Part shown: positions 1 through 8,959 of the stretch, piece by piece
Numbering within the stretch: the stretch's first letter is position 1
Layout: every line of letters begins with the position of its first letter
Origin: Nostoc sp. PCC 7120 = FACHB-418
GTDB lineage: Bacteria; Cyanobacteriota; Cyanobacteriia; Cyanobacteriales; Nostocaceae
DNA: 32,000 nucleotides
Assembly (NCBI RefSeq): GCF_000009705.1
Contig: NC_003272.1
Location: 390,001 to 422,000, forward strand
Direction of reading: 5' to 3'
Notes under the pieces: generated by a model
Databases searched by the model: none
Told to the model about the DNA's origin: nothing
Seen by the model: the letters and a program-made list of their open reading frames with translations, nothing else
Translations under genes and position numbers: made by a program

Positions 1-1
1 T

Positions 2-490
2 TTAAGTGCTGGAGGCGCAGTTATTTTCCCCCTTGGTGGACTGATGGAAGGTGCAATTGAACTGTTGCAACATCATCAACTGACTTTTGATGCTCAACAG
101 TGGATTACTCTAGTTAATCAATATGGTGGTAATCCCTTGTTTCTGAATATGGCGGCTAATTTCATTCATGAATTATTTGCTGGGGATGTGGGAGAGTTTT
201 TAGCCTCTGGAACCTTAGTGGCTGGAGAATTTGCCCCCCTAGTAACGCAATGGCTGAAGCAGATTTCTACTTTAGAACAAATCCTGATCAAGTCTTTGGC
301 GACAAAGGTGCAAGGATTGACTCGCCAAGAGATCCTATTGCAATTAGCTAGTGATGCTGCCAATGGGGATATTTTAGCAGCGCTCTTATCCTTAAAGCGG
401 AGGGGGTTGATAGAAACGATGAAAGATAGTGAACTAGAACGCTTTTATTTACAGCCAGTCATTCTCAAGTGCGTGCAGCGTTTATTTTAA
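2..490 (+). CDS. 3' part of a STAND/AAA_16-type NTPase gene (5' end outside window)
   Basis: The frame is open from the window edge to the TAA at 488-490 (track ORF 44..490). The motif YGGNPLFLNMAANFI resembles the GNPFF/GxP motif after the P-loop module of STAND ATPases (compare KGNPFFSTQFIKAI in the 15302..20716 protein). A helical, winged-helix-like tail of about 100 aa follows. Confidence 0.4.
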   Translation, partial: LSAGGAVIFPLGGLMEGAIELLQHHQLTFDAQQWITLVNQYGGNPLFLNMAANFIHELFAGDVGEFLASGTLVAGEFAPLVTQWLKQISTLEQILIKSLATKVQGLTRQEILLQLASDAANGDILAALLSLKRRGLIETMKDSELERFYLQPVILKCVQRLF

Positions 491-1359
491 CCACCACCAC
501 CGCCGCCACCACCGCCGCCACCACCGCCTCCTCCTCCACCACCACCGCCACCATCACTGCTTCCATCACTTCCGTAACTAACACTAACACCACCACTTCC
601 ACGGAAAAAGAAAATAAAGAATAAGAACAGTAAAAATCCCCACAATATCAACTGACTCCCATCAGTAAAAGATTGTGAACTTTGCCAAATTGGAGCTTTT
701 ATCTCAGTTCCTGTGGGATCAAATTTCACCTGAATTTCTAATTCTTCCCCTGGTTCCAGAGATGTTTGGGCAACAGCCTCAACTGTATTTGCATCTACTT
801 TACGGACGTTGGCAGCTACACCAAAGCTTTGGAAATCTTTGATATTATTAGCCAATTGTTCAGGAAATTTTACTCTGACTCGTGCCTGTTTAATAGGGGC
901 TTGACGGTCAGCAAAAATGGCTTTCCAGTAGACTTGAGCATCATTATCGTTGACGTGTAATCCACCAACAACGCGATATTTCAAGACGAAAGTATGGCTT
1001 TCAGGCGCTTTAAGTTGATGTTCCCAACGAATCCAAAGTTGGTTATTTTCCGTACCTGTTTCGCTGGGTAATAATTGACCATTTTCTGCTACTGATACAT
1101 CGGTAATTTTGTCTACTTTATCAAGGGGAATGTAACGATAGCGTTGATTTTTATAGTCTCCGGTAAATGTATATTTCTGAGTTTCGGTAACATACATATC
1201 ACCGTTAGTTTGTACGGCGATATCAACATTCATAAATTCCCAATAGAAAGGCACTGATTGAGCTTGGACATGATTGAGAGAAAGCCCAAGACTACAAAAG
1301 AGAGCAACGCAAAATAGACACAATCTTTGGATGGTTTTATTCCACATAGTTTGAATCAT
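487..1359 (-). CDS. DUF2207-like exported membrane protein with C-terminal poly-Gly tail
   Basis: 290-aa ORF with an N-terminal signal-like helix (LCLFCVALFCSLGLSL..AQA). A beta-rich ectodomain of about 200 aa resembles the DUF2207 N-terminal domain (YVTETQKYTFTG..RYRYIPL, FVLKYRVVGGL, VYWKAI). One TM helix (LILWGFLLFLFFIFFF) is followed by a Gly/Ser tail. Confidence 0.6.
   Translation of the reverse strand: MIQTMWNKTIQRLCLFCVALFCSLGLSLNHVQAQSVPFYWEFMNVDIAVQTNGDMYVTETQKYTFTGDYKNQRYRYIPLDKVDKITDVSVAENGQLLPSETGTENNQLWIRWEHQLKAPESHTFVLKYRVVGGLHVNDNDAQVYWKAIFADRQAPIKQARVRVKFPEQLANNIKDFQSFGVAANVRKVDANTVEAVAQTSLEPGEELEIQVKFDPTGTEIKAPIWQSSQSFTDGSQLILWGFLLFLFFIFFFRGSGGVSVSYGSDGSSDGGGGGGGGGGGGGGGGGGGGG
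490..552 (-). repeat. In-frame GGN triplet tract encoding 21 consecutive Gly at the extreme C-terminus
   Basis: The + strand reads (ACC/GCC/TCC)x21 directly after the stop codon. I counted it codon by codon from 490 to 552. Confidence 0.9.
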
Positions 1360-1376
1360 TGATTACTATTAGTTAA

Positions 1377-1400
1377 TTTTGAATTTTGAATTTTGAATTG
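1377..1400. repeat. STRR-type heptamer tandem repeat (TTTTGAA x3 plus partial)
   Basis: ttttgaa ttttgaa ttttgaa ttg, in the intergenic spacer between two minus-strand genes. Short tandemly repeated heptamers are typical of heterocystous cyanobacteria. Confidence 0.8.
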
Positions 1401-1432
1401 ATTAATTCCTAGCGTTGGTTAGCTAAAAACGC

Positions 1433-2746
1433 TCATTCGCTTTGCACCTCTGCGTGAGATAAATCACCCTCCAAATACACAACATCCACCTGCTCAACCT
1501 GCTGTGTTTTACCATCCAGCAAACAACTAATAGTCATATCTCCCATGACATTGATTGCAGTCCGACAGCGATCGAGAAACCAATCCACCGTAATCAAGAG
1601 GGCAATATATTGAGTCGGCAATCCTACCGCCGTAAACACCAGCGTCATTGTCACCAGTCCAGCTTCAGGAATCCCCGCAGCGCCCACAGAAGCGATGATT
1701 GAGGTGAACACTACCATCAATTGTTGGGGTAGATTTAAATGCAGTCCCAACAACTGACCAACAAATAAAGCAGACATGGCTTCATACAAGGCCGTCCCAT
1801 CATTGTTGAAATTGCTACCTACCAAAGCCCCCAGAGATGCGGAAGATTCCCGCACACCGATTTTCTGCATCAAAGCTTGGAAGGTTACAGGCATGGCGGC
1901 TGTGGATGAGGCGGTAGAAAAAGCTGTTAACAGTGCATCGCTACCACCACGGAGAAACCTTTGGGGACTTACCCAAGAACCAAATTTAACTCGGAGTGTA
2001 TAGTAAATTCCTTGGAGAAATAGCCCAATTAATACGGCGACAATAAAGGCAGCTAATGAGATGAATGGTTTAAAACCTTGTAAAGCGATGGTTTTGGCGA
2101 CAATCCCAAATACGGCGATGGGAACTAGGGCAATTACCCATTTCAACACTGCCATCACAGCCTCAAACAATAAGCCAATTAGTTGCTCAACTGGTTGATA
2201 ATCGTTCTTTTTTTGGGCAACCTGCTCAGTTTTGATGGCACGTAAAACTACCCCAAAAGCCAAAGCCACGAACACTAGTTGAATCACATTGTTATCAACT
2301 AAGGGCTGTAATATAGAAGGTGGAACTATATCTTGCAGTAATCCCCAAGGGTCAAGGGTTTTATTTGTAGGTGCAGCGCCAAAGGATGCAACCGACCACC
2401 AACGCCCAGGTTGTAATAAATTGGCAACCAACAGTCCGATGACAATTGCCATGAGGGTATTGGTCAACAACAATATTGCTAGTTTTCGTCCTGAACGCCC
2501 CGGAATATGTACTGTAAGAAAGGCGTGGAGAATGGCGAGCAAAATCAACGGTGTGGCTAAGGCACGTAGGGCTTTGAGGATTAAATTGCAGGGGATGGTG
2601 AGATGATTGATTAAGTCGATGAAGTTGGGATTTGGATTACCTGCACCAAATAGGATTCCTACAACTACGGCTAGAATGAGAGCGATCGCAATCTGCAATG
2701 AAAGAGGAAAGGTCTTCGAGAACACAAAGCCTTTGGAGTCACTCAT
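1433..2746 (-). CDS. Dicarboxylate/amino acid:cation symporter (DAACS, GltP/SstT-like)
   Basis: 437-aa polytopic ORF with the family-typical motif NFNNDGTALYEAM and reentrant-loop-like segments (SSTAAMP, GIPEAGLVTM). Confidence 0.85.
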   Translation of the reverse strand: MSDSKGFVFSKTFPLSLQIAIALILAVVVGILFGAGNPNPNFIDLINHLTIPCNLILKALRALATPLILLAILHAFLTVHIPGRSGRKLAILLLTNTLMAIVIGLLVANLLQPGRWWSVASFGAAPTNKTLDPWGLLQDIVPPSILQPLVDNNVIQLVFVALAFGVVLRAIKTEQVAQKKNDYQPVEQLIGLLFEAVMAVLKWVIALVPIAVFGIVAKTIALQGFKPFISLAAFIVAVLIGLFLQGIYYTLRVKFGSWVSPQRFLRGGSDALLTAFSTASSTAAMPVTFQALMQKIGVRESSASLGALVGSNFNNDGTALYEAMSALFVGQLLGLHLNLPQQLMVVFTSIIASVGAAGIPEAGLVTMTLVFTAVGLPTQYIALLITVDWFLDRCRTAINVMGDMTISCLLDGKTQQVEQVDVVYLEGDLSHAEVQSE

Positions 2747-2788
2747 AATTTCCAGTGTTATTACTTGTGGATAAATGGCGGATTACCT

Positions 2789-3310
2789 TCACTTGTCATT
2801 AATCTGCCTAATTATGTTGATAACCTCTTGGTATTTGGCTGTTTCTTCTTGTTCTTGAAAGATGTCAGCAGCTTTCTGTAAATCTTCAATTGCCTCTTTT
2901 TCGTCTCCCAATTGCACCTTGGCAACACCTCGGCCTTTGTAGGCTTCGGCATAGTTAGGATTAATAAGTATGGCTTGGTTAAAATCTTCAATTGCTCCTT
3001 TCATGTCTCCTGACAACAGGTGCATAATACCTAGATGGAGGTGTAATTGCTCTACAGATTGAAACTCAATAGTAATGGAGGCGATCGCCCCTTTTTCGTC
3101 TCCCGATCGCATCTGAGCATGGGCTTCAGGATTGTTAGAATTAATTTTGAAATGTAATGATGATTGTCTATTTGAGGCTGTAATAGTGGAAATTGGAGTT
3201 TGAGGATGCCTCTGTGCCACCGCAGACATTGTTTGGGTGGACAACGAAAACACTAACGTAACAGTAGCAGCAGTAGTTGAGAGTAAACGCTTCATGATTT
3301 TCTCGATCAT
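2789..3310 (-). CDS. Secreted TPR-repeat protein
   Basis: 173-aa ORF with a signal-like N-terminus (LLSTTAATVTLVFSLSTQTMSAVA). It carries repeated TPR-type units (GAIEDFNQAILINPNYAEAY, GDEKEAIEDLQKAADIF). The start could instead be the Met at 3295. Confidence 0.7.
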   Translation of the reverse strand: MIEKIMKRLLSTTAATVTLVFSLSTQTMSAVAQRHPQTPISTITASNRQSSLHFKINSNNPEAHAQMRSGDEKGAIASITIEFQSVEQLHLHLGIMHLLSGDMKGAIEDFNQAILINPNYAEAYKGRGVAKVQLGDEKEAIEDLQKAADIFQEQEETAKYQEVINIIRQINDK

Positions 3311-3578
3311 GCTTGGGTATGTTAGTAATATCGTTGAATTAGTTGCTGTATACTAGTCAAGTTTTAGCTCACCCCATAACTGATATAAAATTGAGCTTGA
3401 CAAATTAGTCATTGCTCAACACTTAATAGTTCTCTTCTCTCCTGCTCCTCTGCCTCTTCCCCTTCCCCATTCCCTGCCATTAGTAAAAACTCTGAAATAA
3501 AGTGTTGGAAAAGGCTTTTTTTAACAGGTTGTGGTTTTAGAATACGTATATTGTTTGTTGGCTTTTTGTCTTTACTTT

Positions 3579-5921
3579 ATGGCGTACTGCATCAATCCCG
3601 ATTGTTCGCAGCGAGAAAATCCTGATACTAGTGCAGTATGTCAAAACTGTGGAACGCCACTCATACTTCAAAATCGCTACCGACTTAGGCATTTCCTACG
3701 AACTGATAGAGGTAGCTATACAGAAGTATTTGCAATCGAAGATTTAGTTAACCGAGATCAACCTAAAGTTCTCAAGTCTCTGAAAGAGGTAACGCCACAA
3801 CTAGAACGACTTTTTCAGCAAGAAGCATCAATATTGAACACGTTGCGACATCCTGGGTTACCTATTGGCGAAGCACTATTTCCCCTGGTTTTAAACACAG
3901 GTCGTCAATTGTGGTGTTTTGTGATGGAGAAAATTCCTGGTGAAGATTTACAGACTTGGTTATCTCACCATCAATATGTAACATCTTATAAAACAGCATT
4001 AGATTGGCTAAAACAACTAACGCAGATTCTCCAATTCGTACATGAGGAAAAGTTTTTCCATCGGGATATCAAGCCAGCAAATATTATGGTTTGTCCTGAT
4101 GGAAAACTGGTGTTAATTGATTTTGGTGCGGCGCGTAAAGTGACACAGACAATCATCAACCGTGAGTCCGTCACCATAGTTCATTCCCTTGGTTATACTG
4201 CACCCGAACAACGTGATGGTCACGCCGTTGTGCAGTCAGATTTTTATGCACTGGGTCGGACTTTGATCTATTTACTCACAGGCATTGACCCAACAGGCGA
4301 TCGCGCTCAAGATTTACTCAATTGGTCTAAATATATTCAAGACCCAAAAACTCCCAAAAAATTCATCTCTTTGCTTCAGGTAATGACAGATTCTCATCCC
4401 TACCACCGTCCGCCTACAGCACAAGCAATTCTCGAAAAGATTGAAAAAATTGACCAGCATTCGCACCAATGGCCAAAATTATTGCTGAGTGCTACTTGTG
4501 GTGTGTTATTGCTGTTCGCGGGAAAATCCTTATACCAGGAAATTACATTACCTCGGACTTGTGACAACATACTCAACGATTATCTTAGTTGTGGAGAAGA
4601 AAGCCTCACTCCCAGTAGCTTTTGGGGTAATAGTCAGCCGCCACCAGCAAAGCAATTAGGAATGGAACAGTATCGTAATCGAAATTTCGGCGCAGCCGTG
4701 AATTTCCTAGAAACTGCTTTCCAGCAAGAATCAGACCCAGAAACGTTAATTTACCTCAACAATGCCAAAATTCACCAGCAATTTCCCGCAAATCAAATTT
4801 ATACTATCGCCGTTGCAGTCCCCCTGGAACGACGCACAGATATAGGTCGGGAAATACTCAGAGGTGTAGCGCAAGCTCAAACTGAAGCACTAAAAAAAGG
4901 TCGAGCTTTACGCATTATCATTGCTGATGATAGTAATCGGGAAGATAGCAAAACGGGTAATAATGCCCGTAAAATTGCCCAGCATTTAGTAAAATATCGT
5001 GATTTACTGGCTGTTTTGGGTCACTATAGCAGCGAAGCCACCAAAAATTCTTTACCAATTTATAGCCAAGCCAGAGTAGTCTTAATTTCTGCTACTAGCA
5101 CTTCTCAAAATCTCAAAGACCCTTTTTTCTTTCGTACTGTCCCTAGCGATCGCATCGCAGCCCAAAAAATGGTAACTTACTTGTTGTCTGCATTGAAACA
5201 GAATCAAGTAGCTATCTTTTATAGTCGAGGTAGTGAGTATGCTGAATCTCTTTCCCAGGCTGTTCGAGAAAGCACAAAATCACTTCCTCTAAAGGTGATT
5301 GATCATCAAGCAGCTTTTAATTTAGCCAGCGATCGCTTCAACGCCATAACAGCGCTAAATCAAGCTCAAACCCAAGGTGCAAAGGCAATTGTCCTGATCC
5401 CCGATGCCGGAGTAGGGTTGTATAATGCAATTCCCAATGCCTTACGAGTGATTCAGTCGAATATCAATCAAGTTTGGATTGTTGCAGGTGACAGCCTCTA
5501 TAGTTCTGATTCGTTCACATCAGAGAAAGCTTTCTCTTCACCCGAAATCAAATACACAGCTTGGGCAGTTTTTTGGCATCCCCTCAATGAGATAAATTCA
5601 ACGTTTGTCAAGGAAGTCCAAAACCTCTGGAAAATTGATATACTGTCAATCCTCAGCAACACAAACATTACATGGCGAACAGCAACTAGCTACGATGCAA
5701 CATTAGTTTTGAGTCAAGCCATCACCCAAAATCCTACTCGCCTCGGCATTAAAAAAACACTCAGCCAACCTCAATTTTCCGTTACAGGTGCAACAGGAGT
5801 AATTCAATTTGCCGGAAGCGATCGCCAAAATGGAAAAATTACGATGGTAAGAGTCCAGCGTAATTGTGATGATAATGGTTTTTTCTTTATTCCTAGCGAT
5901 CGCTCTTTACAATGCCAGTAG
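3579..5921 (+). CDS. Hanks-type Ser/Thr protein kinase with N-terminal 4-Cys zinc ribbon, TM helix and C-terminal periplasmic-binding-protein (type 1, LivK-like) domain
   Basis: Motifs seen are CINPDC..CQNCG, HRDIKPANIMV, DFG and TAPE. A TM helix (LLLSATCGVLLLFAG) precedes a PBP1-like region (YTIAVAVPL, VLGHYSSEAT, FFRTVPSD). I prefer the ATG at 3579 (MAYCINPDC) over the track's GTG at 3531. Confidence 0.85.
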   Translation: MAYCINPDCSQRENPDTSAVCQNCGTPLILQNRYRLRHFLRTDRGSYTEVFAIEDLVNRDQPKVLKSLKEVTPQLERLFQQEASILNTLRHPGLPIGEALFPLVLNTGRQLWCFVMEKIPGEDLQTWLSHHQYVTSYKTALDWLKQLTQILQFVHEEKFFHRDIKPANIMVCPDGKLVLIDFGAARKVTQTIINRESVTIVHSLGYTAPEQRDGHAVVQSDFYALGRTLIYLLTGIDPTGDRAQDLLNWSKYIQDPKTPKKFISLLQVMTDSHPYHRPPTAQAILEKIEKIDQHSHQWPKLLLSATCGVLLLFAGKSLYQEITLPRTCDNILNDYLSCGEESLTPSSFWGNSQPPPAKQLGMEQYRNRNFGAAVNFLETAFQQESDPETLIYLNNAKIHQQFPANQIYTIAVAVPLERRTDIGREILRGVAQAQTEALKKGRALRIIIADDSNREDSKTGNNARKIAQHLVKYRDLLAVLGHYSSEATKNSLPIYSQARVVLISATSTSQNLKDPFFFRTVPSDRIAAQKMVTYLLSALKQNQVAIFYSRGSEYAESLSQAVRESTKSLPLKVIDHQAAFNLASDRFNAITALNQAQTQGAKAIVLIPDAGVGLYNAIPNALRVIQSNINQVWIVAGDSLYSSDSFTSEKAFSSPEIKYTAWAVFWHPLNEINSTFVKEVQNLWKIDILSILSNTNITWRTATSYDATLVLSQAITQNPTRLGIKKTLSQPQFSVTGATGVIQFAGSDRQNGKITMVRVQRNCDDNGFFFIPSDRSLQCQ

Positions 5922-5929
5922 TTGGTATA

Positions 5930-6742
5930 TCAAGCTTGAGCTACTGGAAACTGTAGTTCTGTTACATAGGAATCATTATTCTGCTCATTGCCACCAATGA
6001 TATAAACTTCGCGGTTAGGAGCAGTAATATTGTAGCCATTAGCTTCAATCCAAGATACTAAAGTGGCATAGGCTTGAGCGAGGGTTTCATAACTGCCGTG
6101 ATGAATTAAGCAAGCAGTTGTTTCTGATCCAGGTAACTCATAGATTTTTATTCTCTCATTACCTTTGATGGAGCCTTCAATTGAGATGACAGCTTCAGCA
6201 TCTATATCAGTATCTTTGTAACCTGGATCGTGCCAAATACCAGCATAGTAATCACCAGCTTTAACGCCATTTTGTGCCAAATATTCTGATATTTCACCGT
6301 AGAGTTGCCCTATACTTGGATTATCCGGTAATATCTGCCGTATTGATGCTACTTGTATCGGGGCAACCTTTTTGATCACAACTTCATAGTTAGGCATACT
6401 GTCCTCCTGTTCAATTTGCTTGAGTCTTGCTTCCACTCGAATGAGTCGTGCTTGTTCCGCCTCCACCAATCGCTGAATTTCTCCTTGCTTGAGGCGCAGC
6501 ATTCCACGAATTTGCTCCGGTGGTAAATTCTCATCTAATAACTTGGCAATTTGCTCTAGGGAAAACCCCAAATCCTTGAAGGCTAAAATGCGATTCAGTC
6601 GCGGTAGTTGTTCAGCCGAGTAGTAGCGATAGCTGGTAAAGTTGTCTACTTTTATTGGTTTGAGCAGTCCCATTTGATCGTAGAGACGTAATGCTTTCAC
6701 ACTCACTTGGCTAAGTTTAGAAAAGTCTCCTATTTTCAGCAT
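5930..6742 (-). CDS. MerR-family transcriptional regulator with GyrI-like effector-binding domain (BmrR-like)
   Basis: The N-terminus MLKIGDFSKLSQVSVKALRLYDQMGLL is a MerR HTH, followed by a coiled-coil linker and a GyrI-like C-terminal half. I prefer the ATG at 6740-6742. The track's 28-aa extension overlaps the predicted promoter. Confidence 0.85.
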   Translation of the reverse strand: MLKIGDFSKLSQVSVKALRLYDQMGLLKPIKVDNFTSYRYYSAEQLPRLNRILAFKDLGFSLEQIAKLLDENLPPEQIRGMLRLKQGEIQRLVEAEQARLIRVEARLKQIEQEDSMPNYEVVIKKVAPIQVASIRQILPDNPSIGQLYGEISEYLAQNGVKAGDYYAGIWHDPGYKDTDIDAEAVISIEGSIKGNERIKIYELPGSETTACLIHHGSYETLAQAYATLVSWIEANGYNITAPNREVYIIGGNEQNNDSYVTELQFPVAQA

Positions 6743-6795
6743 CTTTTTACTGCGCTGTAGGTGATATGGATTACTTAATCTATCCAACTGTCTAC

Positions 6796-6826
6796 AGTAC
6801 ACACCCTGCCCTAAGGGTAGAGTCAA
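6796..6826 (-). promoter_or_regulatory. MerR-type promoter: TTGACT, 19-bp spacer with ACCCT-N6-AGGGT dyad, then TGTACT
   Basis: The minus strand reads TTGACT CTACCCTTAGGGCAGGGTG TGTACT, about 55 nt upstream of the merR-like ATG. An over-long 19-bp spacer holding a dyad is the hallmark of MerR-controlled promoters. Confidence 0.4.
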
Positions 6827-6977
6827 GAGTCTTTTTTGAGTATTTTTGATATATAGCCATAGTCAGATAGATTAGGACATCAAGCTAAGACAAAACTCTG
6901 ACCATAAAAGGCTTTCAAGTCTGTCAACAGACAACAGTCAACCATCAACAGCTACATAAGGTGTGAGGAAAAGACTT

Positions 6978-7100
6978 ATGATTGCTCTGAGCCTAGAAAT
7001 ATTACTGGGCAGCATAGTGATAACCTCAGCAGTAGGACTGTTGAAGACAAACGACTTTCTCACAAACAGCGACTACCGTGTCATTTTCATCATTAACTAA
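6978..7100 (+). CDS. Possible small hydrophobic protein (40 aa), below the ORF-track length cut-off
   Basis: ATG at 6978 preceded by GAGGA (6965-6969). Product is MIALSLEILLGSIVITSAVGLLKTNDFLTNSDYRVIFIIN, with TAA at 7098-7100. There is no homology evidence. Confidence 0.25.
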   Translation: MIALSLEILLGSIVITSAVGLLKTNDFLTNSDYRVIFIIN

Positions 7101-7205
7101 TGACTAATTGACCGGTTACGTGGGATGCTGGTTGATTGGTAAGGTGAGTCAATAGTCCAAAAGATAATGACTATTGATTATTGACTGTTAAGTGAGTATT
7201 TATAA

Positions 7206-8114
7206 ATGTCTGTTGTTTCTTCTGTCACAGTTAAGGTTCCTGGCACAACTGCTAATTTAGGGCCTGGTTTTGACTGCATCGGTGCAGCGTTGACTATATA
7301 TAATCAATTCCAGTTCACCCGCCTGGAAGAAAGTGGGTTAATTATTCAAGCCACAGGCGCGGAAGCGGAACGCGTACCAACAGATGAGAGTAATTTAATT
7401 TATCAGGCGTTTGCCAAGTTATATCAATATATAGATCAGCCAGCGCCAGGGGTAAAAATCGAAATTGAGTTGGGTGTACCACTGGCGAGGGGTTTGGGTA
7501 GTTCAGCCACGGCGATTGTTGGGGGTTTGGTGGCGGCGAATCGATTGGCTGGTGAGCCTTTGTCTCAGGCGCAGGTGATGGCATTAGCGATCGCCATCGA
7601 AGGACATCCTGATAATGTCGTACCCGCTTTGTTGGGGGGATGTCGTCTGGCGGCTACTGGTGCTAGTGGTTGGGAAATTTGTGATGTTCCCTGGCATAGT
7701 CATATTGTCCCAGTACTGGCAATTCCCGATTTTGAATTGTCCACCTCAGAGGCGCGGCGAGTTTTACCAACAGAATATAGTCGTGCAGATGCGATTTTTA
7801 ATACTGCCCATTTGGGGTTATTGTTGCGCGGCTTGGAAACAGGTAAGGGAGAATGGTTAAGGGCAGCTTTACAAGATAAGTTACATCAGCCTTATCGCCA
7901 AGCTTTAATTCCTGGTTACGATGCTGTGAATACTGCGGCTGTAGCTGCTGGTGCTTACGGTATGGTGATTAGTGGCGCGGGGCCGACTTTGTTGGCTTTA
8001 GCGGATGTGTCTCATGCGGCAGCTGTTGAGGCGGCAATGTCCACAGCTTGGCAAGAAGCAGGAATTACGGCTGTAGTGCGATCGCTTGCTCTCGATACTC
8101 ATGGCGCAACTTAA
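7206..8114 (+). CDS. thrB: Homoserine kinase
   Basis: 302 aa. GHMP-kinase motifs are present: [21 protein letters not shown] and [16 protein letters not shown]. Confidence 0.95.
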   Translation: MSVVSSVTVKVPGTTANLGPGFDCIGAALTIYNQFQFTRLEESGLIIQATGAEAERVPTDESNLIYQAFAKLYQYIDQPAPGVKIEIELGVPLARGLGSSATAIVGGLVAANRLAGEPLSQAQVMALAIAIEGHPDNVVPALLGGCRLAATGASGWEICDVPWHSHIVPVLAIPDFELSTSEARRVLPTEYSRADAIFNTAHLGLLLRGLETGKGEWLRAALQDKLHQPYRQALIPGYDAVNTAAVAAGAYGMVISGAGPTLLALADVSHAAAVEAAMSTAWQEAGITAVVRSLALDTHGAT

Positions 8115-8130
8115 CAATTCAAAATTCAAC

Positions 8131-8670
8131 ATGAAAGAACTTAATCCCAGCTTGCCTTTAAAGCAAATTCAGTCGGAGATGACAGCACTCAAGTCGCAAA
8201 TTCAAGTGCTGGAGCAAGAACGTGCGGCGCTGACTATTAATAATGATGCAATTACTCATGAGGATGATTCCCCGTTCGCCATTGTGGAAGCTTATCGCCG
8301 CCAAGCTAGGGAAAATGCCCAACTATTTGCTGAAATCAAAGGCATAGAAGATGCGATCGCTGCTTTAGACACACAGCTACAGCACAAAAAAGCTGAATTA
8401 GCTCGTTTACCAAGAAGACAGCAACAAATTGACCAAGAGCAACAATTAGAAGCAGCCAAAGAAGTGGCTCAAGTCCATGCGGAACGAATTAATGAAATAG
8501 CCGGAGAACTGGCAACAGAAATTCGCTTGCTCAAAGCTTGTGCTGATCAACTCAGTCCTCTATATTGGCAGGTTTATTACAAACCCTTTATTACCGGGTT
8601 CAAAACCATTTCAGTTCCCTATGTCCGCTCAGATGGGGCAGTTTGGACAATTGTCAATCGCATTGTTTAG
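8131..8670 (+). CDS. Hypothetical coiled-coil protein
   Basis: The ORF has long heptad-like Q/E/A/L-rich stretches. Candidate starts are the ATG at 8131 or the ATG at 8101, which overlaps the thrB end by 14 nt. It is followed by an intrinsic terminator. Confidence 0.6.
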   Translation: MKELNPSLPLKQIQSEMTALKSQIQVLEQERAALTINNDAITHEDDSPFAIVEAYRRQARENAQLFAEIKGIEDAIAALDTQLQHKKAELARLPRRQQQIDQEQQLEAAKEVAQVHAERINEIAGELATEIRLLKACADQLSPLYWQVYYKPFITGFKTISVPYVRSDGAVWTIVNRIV

Positions 8671-8720
8671 AGAATTCTAAAAAATCCTCCCCCAAAATAG
8701 AGGCAATATGACAATTTATA

Positions 8721-8745
8721 ACGGTGGTTGGAGCCACCGTTTTTT
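8721..8745 (+). terminator. Rho-independent terminator
   Basis: ACGGTGG ttggag CCACCGT followed by TTTTT. Confidence 0.65.
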
Positions 8746-8746
8746 G

Positions 8747-8775
8747 TTGACGTTACAAAAATTTATGCCTAGAAT
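8747..8775 (+). promoter_or_regulatory. Sigma70-like promoter candidate for ndhD (TTGACG, 17 nt, TAGAAT)
   Basis: ttgacg ttacaaaaatttatgcc tagaat. This would give a leader of roughly 180 nt before the ndhD start. Confidence 0.4.
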
Positions 8776-8959
8776 GGGCTGGCAGGCAATTCCCATGAGT
8801 ATTTATTCCTGCTCATCACGAGAATTGCAGAATTATTGAGTATAAATTCCTATCTATAACCAAAATTTAATTTTTCAGAGATAAATAAAGTTTACAAAAG
8901 TAACAATTCCTTAATATAATGTAATTAAAAGCGAAAAGAAAAAACGATTGTCAGAAGTG

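Noticed and set aside
3531-3578. N-terminal extension of the kinase ORF from the GTG at 3531 (MVLEYVYCLLAFCLYF).
   Set aside because: The family-typical 4-Cys prefix starts right after the ATG at 3579. The extension is hydrophobic junk without a good RBS.
6978-7100. The idea that the 40-codon ORF upstream of thrB is a threonine attenuator leader peptide.
   Set aside because: The peptide has only three Thr residues and no Thr/Ile codon run. No alternative terminator/antiterminator hairpins are evident before thrB. It is kept only as a possible micro-protein.
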